A stretch of DNA of 64,000 bases from Selaginella moellendorffii. Its lineage: Eukaryota; Plantae; Lycopodiophyta. A program made the translations under genes and the position numbers. The DNA is taken from assembly GCF_000143415.4 (NCBI RefSeq), contig NW_003314292.1, positions 999,498 through 1,063,497 of the forward strand, written 5' to 3'. The notes beneath the pieces were generated by a model. It was given only the letters and a program-made list of their open reading frames with translations, had not been told where the DNA came from and made no database searches. Below are positions 24,698-37,191 of the stretch, piece by piece. Position 1 is the first letter of the stretch. Each line of letters opens with the position of its first letter.

Positions 24698-25027
24698 TTA
24701 GGCAGTCCCACAAAACTCCGACTTACATTCTCTCGCGACTCGAGTGAAGTTGGAGGTCTTGTCACTGGAGTAGCCGGTGTTGCAGAAGCAGGACGCCGAG
24801 AGAGGATTGTTCATGTACTGTGTGCAGCAGCTCACGAAGCAAGCCACCCCGGGAGAGCTGCAAAAATCGATGCAGCCGGCCACTTCGCTCGCATACTTCA
24901 CACAAGTCCTGTTCCTCTCGGGAGAGATACTGGCATTCCCCGCTGCATTAGTCCATGGAACCATGCTGGACAGCGAGAGCACCAAGATCACGGGAAGAAC
25001 TACCAGAAGTACTGCTGCCTGCTTCAT
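24698..25027 (-). CDS. Secreted cysteine-rich peptide (10 Cys), unassigned family
   Basis: MKQAAVLLVVLPVILVLSLSS signal peptide, mature part with 10 Cys including CC and CxC. TATATATA about 55 bp upstream. Intronless. Confidence 0.7.
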   Translation of the reverse strand: MKQAAVLLVVLPVILVLSLSSMVPWTNAAGNASISPERNRTCVKYASEVAGCIDFCSSPGVACFVSCCTQYMNNPLSASCFCNTGYSSDKTSNFTRVARECKSEFCGTA

Positions 25028-25277
25028 CTCTGCTGATTCTCTGTCCTGTAACCCCTGTGCTTCTCTGCCTTTCCTGTGAATATATATATCCAAAAGGCCA
25101 TCTTCGTTCAACCTTCCCCATGGCTGCTTTGTCAAAGAATACGTGGAACGCATCGCGGTGGCCGCCGTTTATTGCGTGTCTCAATTGTCCACGGCAGCCC
25201 GGCCACCACGTTCCTTATTGAATTTACACCATCACCCCCGTCGTGATCCAAAAACAAAAATTTCCTGACGAGGATTT

Positions 25278-28220
25278 TTACAGCAGCATCCTCTCCGGGT
25301 CCTGCAAATTGGCTGAGAGAGCCTCTAGCAGCCGACCTGAATGAAGGGAAGAGTAATTTATGACGTGAAGGAAGAAAGAACGGAGTGCTCTTACCAGCGA
25401 TTGTGGTGTCAAAAACTCTGTTGTCTGCCGATAAAGTCATGCCCATCTTGGTCACGGTACGTGGCCTTCCTCCGCTTTCCGAACAGTCTTCCCAGACAAC
25501 GACTTTCTCGCCTTTGCCAACAGCAAGAATGCAAGCCTGAAATTAAACAATAAATTGATGGTTGATCAATAGCAACTTATAGTCGTACCTGGGGTGGATT
25601 GATAATAGCACAGAATCTGTCCACGGGGAACATTCCAAGATTCGAGATACTGTTAAGATTTAAACCATTAGCCATCCCTCAAAAAATTTCATACCACATA
25701 GCCAACCTGAACGTGCCTCCTTGGAATTCCTCAGGTTTCAGCTTCCCAGTTCTTGCTCTTTCGGCAAGAGCTTTCACCTGAGTGCACGAAGATTTCAGAA
25801 ACTAGTGACGTTGAGTAAAAGGATCTTACCTCCGTCGAGATTGCAGACAAAGTCTTCAAATCCGCATTCTTTACAATTGGAGTAATCAAGCCCTGCAACA
25901 CAGCACACAATCGGAGTTAAAACTTGGATCCAAATAATATTTTCGTACCTTATCAGTAGCAACTGCTATGGAGATATCTATTGTTTTGTGGAAAACAATC
26001 TCTTCAGCCTTCTCATCCCAAAAAGCTGAAAAACATTTCACCCGGAAGTCATAAGACTTTGAAAAAGAACCACGTCTTACCATTTGCTTCGGGCACGGAT
26101 CTTAACGCAAGAGCCGTCGCTCGTATCACGAAATCATTAACCGAAACAGCAGCACCATGTTTCTCTGTAAAAGGAAAACGAATGAGCACAAACACAAAGG
26201 CGCACTGAACAACTGACCTTTCATCTCCTTTCTTAACAACAATGTCGAATCAAGAATCGCGTCTGCACATACACATACACAATAAGCTCCAATCTTAAAG
26301 TGTTTTCATAGACAAGTGACTGACCAGCAGATATGTAGAAGTGAGGAATACCAAACTTGGACTCGATCAGCCTCTTCGCAATGATCTACAGTAAGATGGT
26401 CACGAGAAAAGCTGTGACGAAATAAGCAAACCAAGAATAACTTACTCTTCTGATCTGACTAGTGGGTATATCTTCAAAATCCAGAGACGTGGGAGGTGAC
26501 GGGCGAGACTTAGCATCCTTTGGAGGTTTCCCAGGTTTCGTGCCACCTTTAATGGCAGCCAAAACATCACCTTTCAAAACCACCCCCCGAGGACCTGTAC
26601 CATTTATGGATGAAGCATCCAACCCGCTTTCAGCAAGTAACCTTCTTACTGATGGGCCTACTCTTGACAAAGCCTTAGAGCCAGCAGCTGCTGGAGGTTT
26701 GGACATCACGGAAACCTTGCTAGAAGCATCTGCCTGTGGTTTTCCCTCGGTCTTTGTGGCAGGGGGCTGACCACTAAAATCAGCAGCAGCTACTTTCGCA
26801 ATATCTTCTTCATTCTCGACCTGGAGAAACACAATAAGAACCTACAAGGAGTGGAATCACGTACCATGACTCCGATAGTTTGACCAATCGGCACATTCTT
26901 CGATCCTGAAGGAGATGCTATCTTAGCCAAATATCTGAAAATAAACAACAGTTCTTAGTGCAGTGTAAAGAAAACAAGAAGAGGCGTAGAAACGATGGAC
27001 ATACCCTTCTTCCACCGACTCAAAATCCACTGTTGCTTTATCCGTTTCTATTGTACAGAGAACATCCCCCGCGGAGACCTGTGTAGTTTATTAAAGACTG
27101 ACCGGATGAAACACGAAGGCTAAAGTATTACCTTGTCTCTTTCCTTTTTTTTCCATTCCACAATGTTTCCTTGCGTCTGCACGAGTATTAAACTAGTTTC
27201 TTTGCCTCGAAATCGGTAGAATAGTGCATACCATAGTTGGAGACAATGCTGGCATCCCAAGAACAATGTGCGGCGGCAAGTTCGATGCTGGGGGAGGCTT
27301 GACGTTGGCTTGCTGTGCTGTGGACGATGGCTTCGATGAGGGCTGTGCTTCCTTTTTGGCTGCCGGGGGAGCAGCAAAATCACTGCTCGATACTTTACCG
27401 ATATCAGACGAGTCCTCTACCTAGTACGCAAGCATATACGTGCTCAGTTGACTCTGCTATAAAGACTTAAAAGCCTACCATAACTCCGATTGTCTGACCA
27501 ACTGAAACGTTGTTTGTGCCCCCCGGAACCAGGATCTTTGCTAGAAATCTGCATGGAGTTTGTAAGAACGTAAGACTCTTAACAGGTCACGTACGCACCC
27601 TTCCTCCACAGACTCGAAATCGACAGTAGCCTTGTCAGTTTCTATCACGCACAGAACATCTCCCGGGGACACCTGTGGTATAAGGACAGCATGAACTGAC
27701 CAGTAGCAAAGATTTGCTATTGAGTACCTTGTCACCCTCTTTCTTTTTCCACTGTATAACGTTTCCCTGTGTCTGCACAATCACCTCGGTAAATACCTCA
27801 AAGTATCAAACTAAAGAAAAACTCCATACCATAGTGGGAGAAAGCGCGGGCATTCCGAGAACGATAGCGGGAGGCTCTGAGAAAATAAATCATCCATGGA
27901 ATCCCTCGTAAAGGAGAAAGCAACCAAAAAAATCGCACATACCGCCAGAGGCAAAGCATCGAATTCCGGACACTGACTGGCAAAAAAAACTGGTTATTTT
28001 TCTCGCAGAAAGATCAAAGCGTTCCAAAAAGCTGGCTACTTACCAAAGACGCCGGCTTCCATGCTTGAACCGCGATCGCGTTCGTCGATCTAGAAAAAAT
28101 TAAATTCAAGCAATGGAGCAGCTCAAGAGAAATTCCATTCCAATGCGCAAGTCTACCTGAACAAGGATTGCGCATCAAAGCAGCAGCTCTCCGGTGGTCT
28201 GCAATCCCAAATTCAGTCAT
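25278..28220 (-). CDS. Mitochondrial pyruvate dehydrogenase E2-family subunit with two lipoyl domains (LTA3-like)
   Basis: Two [14 protein letters not shown] / [12 protein letters not shown] lipoyl domains, E3-binding [19 protein letters not shown] and GGTFSISNLGM..AIINPPQ. The active-site motif reads ADNR rather than ADHR. Confidence 0.9.
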
Positions 28221-28573
28221 CGAGAAGCTAGAACCGGAGCATTGCGCGATCGGAGTACCTGAGAAAGTGGGAATTGGAGAATCGAAGTGCCGCGGGACGA
28301 AACGCCCGAATCAGGCGCCGTGCCGCCATCGCGGACCCCCTTCCTCCTCCTCTCCTGCCCTAATCCTCAAACCCTAATGCCACATTTTCGAGAAACCTCT
28401 GTTTTTATAAAATCGAAAGCTTTGTTCTTCTACATAGGATTAGAGCTAGAAAGAAAGCTTCCATGCTCGCCGTATCTCCATTTCTCAGCTCTTCCTCTCA
28501 AATATTCTCTTGTTTGCCACTCTCTCTCTCTCTCTCACTCTCTCTCTCTCCAAGATAGAAAATCCACTAAGCA

Positions 28574-31063
28574 CTACAGACCCAAGAGCACGTAATACAA
28601 GAGAGTGATTGGAAATGACACGAGCATGCCGAAGATGACCCTGTAGAAAAAGAAAAGTTCGAGAAAATGAGCGAAGAATGAGCAAAGCGATCGAATTTTC
28701 GAGCAAAGCGATCGAATTTTCACGCAAAGATCCGAAAAAAAGCGAGGGAGGAAACGAGGCTTACGCGGTGCTCAAAATGTCGGGATGGACATTATACTCC
28801 TTGGCGAAAACAAAAGGAACGATTCCTTGAGGCAGTGCGGCCTACGAGAAAAAAGATGGAGAGAAAAGTTAGAAATCCTTTCCGGTGATTGAAAATTTTT
28901 GCGAGCGCTTGAAACGTACCTGGACGATGGAGACTTTGAGCTCCACACTCCGGAGTCCACAGGCGATGGACGCGGCCGCCATGACCGCCGGGCCGGTGAG
29001 AAATCGCACCACCATGCCGTAGATCGCCAGAGAAGTTCCACACGCCAAAAGTCTCTTCTGGAGAGCCATGAAAAGTCCTGCTCGCGAAGAACAATCGTCA
29101 AAAACTCTCCAGAAAGAAAACATATGATCTTCACTCACCCAAGCTGAACATAGCCATCCCCAGGCCAGCTTTGGAGAGAATTGTGATGGACTTGTCGACG
29201 ATCACAGGCATTTCGATGTGCCACCTTAGAAAAACGAAGAAAAAGAAAGAATGGTTTTGAGAAGATCTCCGGAAGAACGAGAAGAAGATCTAACTTACTT
29301 GAACGAGATGAGAGCCCAGATAACTCCGATCAAGCTCGAGTAAGTGTTGGGATTGCGAACAAGCTTTCGCCACACCATGCTCAGTATCACCCTCGTCATA
29401 ATTCGAGCCGGAGGCATCTCGGCCTTGTTGTCGCCGTCTTTCGGAGCCAGCTCCGCCGTGGAGCTGGATCCAATCTTGATGAGGCTTGGCCCCTCCTTAT
29501 CCGCGATCATGGATTCATCCCCACGGAAGCTCGGCCTGTTGCCAAAGCTAAAGTCGTCTCGATCGTACTCGTCGTATTGTCGGCCAGGAACTGCAAGACA
29601 ACACGAATCCACAAAGTCAAGCCGGGAAATGCTTATAAATCACGAGAGCTACGTAACGTTTCTGGCTGCAAGCACTGCTTCGAGCAAGCGGGGGATGCGA
29701 AGAGATGAAAGAGTGAAGCTTGCTTACCGGATTGATGAGCGAGTGGCGATAGTCTCTCTTTCAAGTCTCCTCCATTAATGTTGTTGTTCGTGGTGGTGGT
29801 GGCAGTATAGTCCGAAGTTCCACCATAGCCACCAAGAACACCACCGTGTTGCTGCTGCTGGTGCTGCGGATGAGCTTCCGAGACTGGCGAGGCGCTGGAG
29901 CTCCACACGAACATGTGGAGATCTTTAGCGTTTGGATCCTCGGCCGCTACCGCTGACCTGTTGTTGTGGACGAGCTTTGGAGAAGCGCGGAGTTCTCCTC
30001 CGTGGTGATGCTTTGGAGAGAATCCAAAGCCAGCGGACGGGCCATCGCCGGGCTTTGGAAAGATGGAGCTGCTGCTGTTGTAGAGCGGGAAGCGAGGTGA
30101 CGGCGAGGCGGCGGCGGCATTGTTGAGAGCTCGCGAGTTCTCCTCGTTGAAGTTGGAGGTTCTCGGCGTCGGACCGCGCGACGAGTGGAGCGAGTAGACA
30201 TCCGTGTTGGTGAAATTCGACTGCCGCGGTGGTGGGATGTTGGTGAAGCTCATGAGCGAGTAGAAGTCATTCCGGTTGAAGCTCGACTCTCTCGGAGTCA
30301 AGTTCCGCGACGAATGCATCGAGTAAATCTCCGCTCCGGTGAGGTTGGAGGGCCGGGGGGTGAGCGCTTTGGACGACGGCATGGATCTGAGACCCACGGA
30401 TCTCCTCGGCGAGAGCATCGAGTGGTGCGAGGACACCGACTTCCTCACGGTGACGTGAATCTTTCCATCGTCGCCCACCTCGGCGTCGGTCTGGAGCGGC
30501 TCGCGGCCGTCGAGCGAAACCACGTCCGACTCGATCTTGAACGAGATGATGGATCCGGCGGTGTCGGGGAACTGTTCTTGGATGAGCAACTTCGCGCTGC
30601 GGTACTCGTAGAGGAAGAGTAGAAAGGTGTACCAGATGACGCACTGGAGCACCACCGCCTGGACGATCAATCCACCGGGCTTGGCTCCATACATGGCTGC
30701 CAGGAGTGGAATTCCCATCACCAGCGTGTTTGGAAGCGTGGCGAGCATGAACAAGGTGATGAGCCACTCGAGGCTGCCGTGGCGCGACAACTTGACCCAG
30801 AGCGCGAGCGCGGCGAGAATTGCGAGCTTCTGGACGATGTCGGCGGCGATGAACTTGAGATTCATGGCGTAGGGGTTGTTGCTGCTGACGATCTCGAACG
30901 AGAGCAGCGGCACCGCGAAGATGGCGACGAAGCGATTGATCCCGCCGCACTGCTCCGGCGTGAGGATCCCCCACCACCTCACCGAGCCGTAGGCCAGGAT
31001 CATCGCGACGTAGAGTGGCACCACGGCGCTCAGCACGGTGTAGAGATCATGGAGACTTATCAT
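28574..31063 (-). CDS. PIN: Canonical long-loop PIN auxin efflux carrier
   Basis: [31 protein letters not shown], three TPRxS motifs, [28 protein letters not shown] and [16 protein letters not shown]. Ends ...YYVLLGL*. Confidence 0.97.
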
Positions 31064-33598
31064 CTTTGCTCCTCCTCCGTGTTCGTGGAGCTGGAACTCC
31101 TCCTTTTCTTCCGCGGCTCGATCGATCAAACAGCTTTTCTACGGACCAGGTACGCTCGTCATTCCTGGAAAGGAGGAGAAAAAGCGTTTAAGTCGGTCGA
31201 TCGATCGCGATGATCACAAGACTAGAACAAGAGAGGGAACAAGAGCAAGAGAGAGAGAGAGAGAACAAGAGCGAGAGAGAGAGAGAGAGAGAGGAATGTA
31301 AGAATGTAGTAGCATACCTTTGATGAATTCGTTGCGAGCTCTAGCATCGCGCGCTGCTATGCCAGTTCTTCTCTTAAATGCCTCCCAAGAACACTCAACG
31401 GTGCCGCAGCATTCTCTTTACGCCGCTCAATCAATGCTCTTGATGCTCGATCGAGCGCCGGGGGGGGCTGCCCTGATCTGTCACTCTCCCAGACGATCCA
31501 GGCACTGGCCTTAAAGCATCCAGCGATCGACCAATCGCGAGCTCCCTCTAGCTTGCGATCCTAGCTCGCTCCCTGCGCGCTCGCTTACAAATCCGAGGAG
31601 AGGTCGAGAGCCCAGGCAATGCTGCTGCTGCTGCTGGTCCTGCCGCATTCGCATTCGCCGCTGCCGAATCGCTCGCCGCCGCTGCTGCATGCGCATTCGC
31701 ATGCTCGCGCTGATCGATCCAATCGATGCTCCGTCTCGATCGAAAACCCCAAAACCGGAAAGAAAGAGAGAGGGGAGTGAGAAGAAGAATTCCTTCCTCG
31801 AGAGAATGGAGTAGAAGAAGAAGAAAGAACCCTTCTCTCTCTTTCTTTCCTCTGTGTCCCACAGTACCACAGCATTATGCTCTGGCCTGGCACAGTTCTG
31901 GAATCTGGAATGTCACTGGCCCACTGGAGCGGGCCATTCCGGATCGGAATGGGCGGGGCCAGTGGACGAGGATCGCATCGCCACGTCACCCTGCCCCTCC
32001 TCTGGGGGACACCCCGCCACATCAGCGCCATTTTCGAAGCGTGGTTACTCGTAATCTGGTCTTACAACATCAATCCCCTCATAAACAAAGCCAAGGAAAT
32101 TTTTACACTGACCGGTGAAATGGGTGAAAAGGCTAAAGTTTTTTTTATTTCCCCCGTATGTCTCCATCTCTCGACCAACATCCTACAGAGAGAGACTCAC
32201 GGGTCTCCTCGAAAAGAAAAAGACTCTATACATCAGAAATCTCTCTCGCGGATTAATACCCAATTTCTATACCTTGGAAGCTAATGTATGGGAATATCTA
32301 ATATGCCCGGAGCACATGCAACGCCAACCCTAAAAATTGGGAGCAACACTCACATCGATACAACTAAGTTTGAGTTGGGACGAGACACGCAACGCGGGGA
32401 TTGTTTTTAAGGGGGTATATCTCCTCCCGTCTCCTCTGATCCGCCATTTCACCAAAACAGTATAGTACTGAAAAAAGGCGCAAATCTTACGATTAAAACT
32501 TTGTGTGGCATGCATGCTTGTCTCTGTCTGTTTGGGGACTGGCGCTCAGAAATCTGGTGCAGAACGAATCTTTCTTAGCTTACAAAAACAATTGTCTCTC
32601 TCACCCCTCTCTGCTCTCAGTATTTTTGCGTGAGAATTTGCATCGCATCGCTCTACCATACCAGCCGCAGGCAGAAAACAGAACGCAGGAAGCAGGAAGC
32701 AGAATGCAGAATGCAGCAGCAGGGAGAATGGGAATGCAATCGATTTTTCAACTAACAGAGGGGATATGATGATGAAGAGTTCCACTCCTAAATCCGGAAA
32801 CACGGCGCACGCTACGCGCTACTCCTTGCTTGCTGCCAACCTGCAAAAGCATATAATGTTTTGGTATTACCCTGCCTTTGCATAATCAGGTGACAAATCA
32901 CACAACTTGATCTGCTATTGTATTTTCAAACTTGTACGCTCTGGAGTTCTTCCACAGCTGATATGCAACTATGATTTTGCTATTACCCCACCACCTCCTC
33001 GCCTAATCAGACGACAAATCAGATCAACAACACACCAACTTGATCTGCCCAATTGTGTTTTTAAGCTAGGGACAGCATCTTTGGTTCTGCACGCTCTGGA
33101 ATTCTTCCACCAGTGATATGAAACTATGATTTCGGATTTGCAGCAAAAGCTTCGTGTATGAGTGGGAAAAATCTGTGCCTCGGGAATTTAGTAGTGTTAG
33201 ATATTTCATCCAAATGATGATTATTGGTGATTTCGTGAATATATCTTTCTCCTTTTCCTATTTTGCATTTGTAGCCGGGGAACCACTTTTGCTCGCCATT
33301 CAACGTGCAGCATGGGCCAACACCCAAGGAAAAAGTTGGCGAGGGACAGCGACAAAACCTTGTCAAATTTTTCACTCATCACTTCACATGCCACAAAAAT
33401 CCATCCATCCAACCATGCTTTTAGACGAGGAAAACAAAGAATACATACAAATCTCAGTCATACATAGCTTGCGGACAAGACTCTTTTCTAGCTTTTGACC
33501 GCGCCTCTCCACATTCCCGCGAGCTGGTAAATCTCTCTACTTTTTTTTTAAAATTAGGGCTCTTCACAAGTGCCCTAAAAACAGGGCTGCTCGTCGTG

Positions 33599-36500
33599 AT
33601 GCTGCTCCTGGCCCTGTGGCGTCGCCTCGGCCGGCGATCCAGCGCCGCCGGCCATGTACGATGCTTCTCCTCAGCTCAGGCGCTGCCATCGGCGGAGGAT
33701 TTCGCGGCGCGGCGCCGCGAGGATGCTCTTCTCGGTGAGATCGATGCGCGCTACCCCGCATTCATGGTTTGGGGATGCAACACCGACGTTGGCAAGACGC
33801 TCGTCTCCACTGGTATGGCGGCAGCGCTTCTTTCCTCCGGAAAGAGCCAGAAATCGCATGTCCTCTATGTGAAGCCCGTCCAGACGGGATTTCCAGATGA
33901 TTCCGACGCCAGGTCTGTGACGCAGAGGATAGATTCTCTCGTCGGGAGGAGCGAGAGCATCTTCCTCTCCAACCGGACAATGTGGCTGTCCGATGAGGCT
34001 TCCAAAAAGGCAGCATTGACGAAAAGCTCCACAGACTCCTCGGGTTCCTGGAAAAACTCTGCGAATTCAGTGAAAAGCTCCTCCAGTCTGACTTGCGAGA
34101 CGCTGTGGAGCTGGTGTGCGGCTGTTTCTCCACACTTGGCCGCTCAGCAGGAAGGTGGCGGTGCTAGCGACGACGAGCTGCGAAAAGTTTTGCGAAGATC
34201 GCTGTGGGAGTTCGGCGCTGACGCGTCTCAAACGGGACGGAGCTGGGCTTTCGTTGAGACCGCGGGTGGTGTTGCGAGTCCGGCTCCCTCAGGAACTTTG
34301 CAGTGCGATCTTTACAGGTAGTAAGAAGTATATCGTGAGAAATCACTAACCTTTTTGGTTTTTCGGTTTTCTTTTTGAGACAGGCCTCTTCGACTACCTG
34401 GAATTCTAGTCGGAGATGGAAGGCTAGGAGGAATATCGACTACTCTAGCGGCGTATGAAAGCCTTCTCTTGCGAGGATACGAGACAATCTGCATTGTAAT
34501 TCAGGACATGGGACTGGGAAACAATCAGCATCTGTCCAAACAGCTCCATAACAGGTATATCTTCCATACCATGCGATTCCGATGCTAGTTTAGCTCGTCA
34601 GAGTGCCGGTCTTTGTGATCCCTGCCGTACCAAAGAATCCAGGTGACGATCTTGCGGGCTGGTTTCACGACACCAGCAGTACGTTCCTTCAAGTGGTGTT
34701 ACTGCTCGAAGATGCGTACCATAAGCGAATACAAAGGCTGCGTGAGATGCCCAAAAAAGCATCGGAGCTTTTCTGGTGGCCCTTCACGCAGCACAGATTG
34801 GTGCCCGAGGAGAACGTGACGGTTATAGACTCTCGATCGGGCGAATTCTTTTCAGTTTATGAGGTTTGTATTATACTGCTTTCTTTTAGTTGCGTACTGA
34901 CTTTTCAAACTGTGCCAGAATAAACACGGCCGCTTTGCTCAGCAGTTTGATGCTTGTGCAAGCTGGTGGACGCAGGGGCCCGATGCATCACTGCAGGTAA
35001 GTTTTGAGTTTTTGCAAAGCTCTTTTAATCATTACACACCAGTCTGCCTTCGTCTAACAGACGCGTTTGAATTTTTGAGACTCCAGCATGAGCTTGCGAA
35101 ACAAATTGCGTATGCTGCGGGCAGATATGGTCACGTTATGTTCCCCGAAAATGTCCACGAGCCTGGCCTTCGCTGTGCTGAATTGCTACTCCAAGGCGTT
35201 GGACGCGGTAAACACTGCTCTTGCCTAATTATATCTTACGAAACTTTTTTTTTTCAAGGCTGGGCACACAGAGTTTATATTTCTGACAATGGATCGACCG
35301 CTACTGAAATTGCTCTCAAAATGGCTTTGAGAAAATATGCTGTTGATCATGGCTTTTTAACAAATCAAGGAGATAAGAAACCGGACTTCAAGGTAAGCTT
35401 TCGTTGTGTTTATCATTTTGCCGATTGTGCTGCTCAGGTTCTTGCACTCAGAGGCTCCTATCATGGAGACACTTTGGGAGCAATGGAAGCGCAAGCGCCA
35501 TCTCCTTACACAGGATTTTCGCAGCAACCTTGGTATTCTTCTTACTTTTTTAGCTCTTTTTGGGTTTCAATAATCTACGCGCATGCTTGCTTTGATGATT
35601 GAACAACAGGTATTCCGGAAGAGGCGTCTTTTTAGATCCACCGACCGTGTGCTGCCAAAACAGGAAATGGCAATTGCGGGTGCCAGAAAGATATGGCACT
35701 ATAGCAACTGGTAAACTGCTATCTGTTTATCTCGTCATTGCTGATTATTCTTTACGATGAATGGCAGAACCTGCATGGGATGCAAGAGAAGACGTGTTTG
35801 CTTTGGAAAGGGATAATACGGAGCTGGCTAAGATCTACTCGTCCGCGATAGAGAAGGAGATTATGAGTAGCCAAGGCGGTTTAGGCGGACAAACAATTGC
35901 CGGTCTCATCATCGAGCCGAGTAAGACAAATTGGATCATGTGTTAAATCTCATCGTGACGTTTGCAGTCATCCACGCTGCTGGTGGAATGGAGCTCGTGG
36001 ATCCTTTGTTCCAGCGCATACTTACACAGCAATGCAAGTGTCACAAAATCCCAGTTATCTTTGACGAGGTGTTCACTGGATGTTGGCGACTTGGTGCCGA
36101 GGTATTTCATCTCATTTCAAATTTTTCTTCTTTTTTTTTTTGAAGTTTTATTTGCGTGCAAGTCTGCTTGGGAGCTTTTAGGATGCAACCCAGACATCGC
36201 TTGTTATGCCAAGCTTTTGACTGGAGGAACTGTTCCGCTAGCAGCTACTCTTGCCACTCAAGACATATTTCAAGCTTTTGAAGGGGCGTCCAAGGTACTT
36301 AAATCTTTCTCTTGTGGATGCTAGAATGAATCTGTTCTTCATACTACAGCTCGATGCTCTCTTGCATGGCCATTCTTACACGGCACATCCGGTCGGCTGC
36401 TCCGCCGCTGTTACAGCGCTGGAATGGTTCAAGGACCCGTCCAAGAATCCAAATCTATTGCCTGGCACAAGTCGTCTCCAGGAGGTTAGCGGTTATAACT

Positions 36501-36818
36501 TTCCGTGTTCTAAAGAACTAATACTTTCGCCGGTGCCAGCAATGGGATCCAGAGCTGGTGGCCGAGATATCAAGCCTTTCTTCCGTGGAAAGAGTGATCT
36601 CTCTGGGAACGCTCATGGCGCTAGAGCTGCGATCAAGCTCATCAAGCCAAAAGGGCTATAGCTCGCTACTCTCCAGCGGCGTCGTGAAGGAACTTCGCCA
36701 AGTGCTTGGGATCTACACTCGACCACTGGGAAATGTGGTCTACTTCATGTGTGGCCCATTGACAAGGCCCAGTGTGTGCTCATCGCTACTGAGAAGAATG
36801 CTCAAAGTGTTAGAATAA
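33599..36818 (+). CDS. BIO3-BIO1: Bifunctional dethiobiotin synthetase / DAPA aminotransferase
   Basis: Transit-like N-terminus, P-loop GCNTDVGKT, KPVQTG, VETAGGVASP, WWPFTQH, DNGSTATEIALKMA, YHGDTLG, FDEVFTG, AKLLTGG and RPLGNVVY. Confidence 0.95.
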
Positions 36819-37191
36819 CGATCCATGAAGGTATGTGAGATCTCACTTTCACCACTTTTACGTTTTCTATGGTGTGTACTAACAAGGACAAACGCAGCTT
36901 CAGTGTGCAAGCGTGTATCTCTTCACTGGCATCCAATTTGGTTGTTTTTCCTGTCATGCCAACCTTACCGCCCAACAAACAGACAAGCGCTAAACAATGG
37001 AAAAAGGTGGTAAACAATGAAAGAAGGTGGCGAAAGTGGATGGAACGATCGATCATGGCGCTTATAATTCTTAACTCCATGATACAACGACATCGTTCTT
37101 TCCTAACCATATCAAAATATTTTTTTTGCAAGAAAAAGTCATTTACAAAGAAAAGAAAATCTATGCCACCGGTCCACCACCTTTTGATATA

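Noticed and set aside
29650-29670. Possible microexon in the first PIN intron
   Set aside because: The available AG..GT lengths (8, 13, 17 or 22 nt) do not preserve frame, while direct splicing does.
33599-36818. Bicistronic alternative splicing of BIO3-BIO1 as known in Arabidopsis
   Set aside because: Several nearby AGs exist, but the equivalent alternative acceptor cannot be identified from sequence alone.
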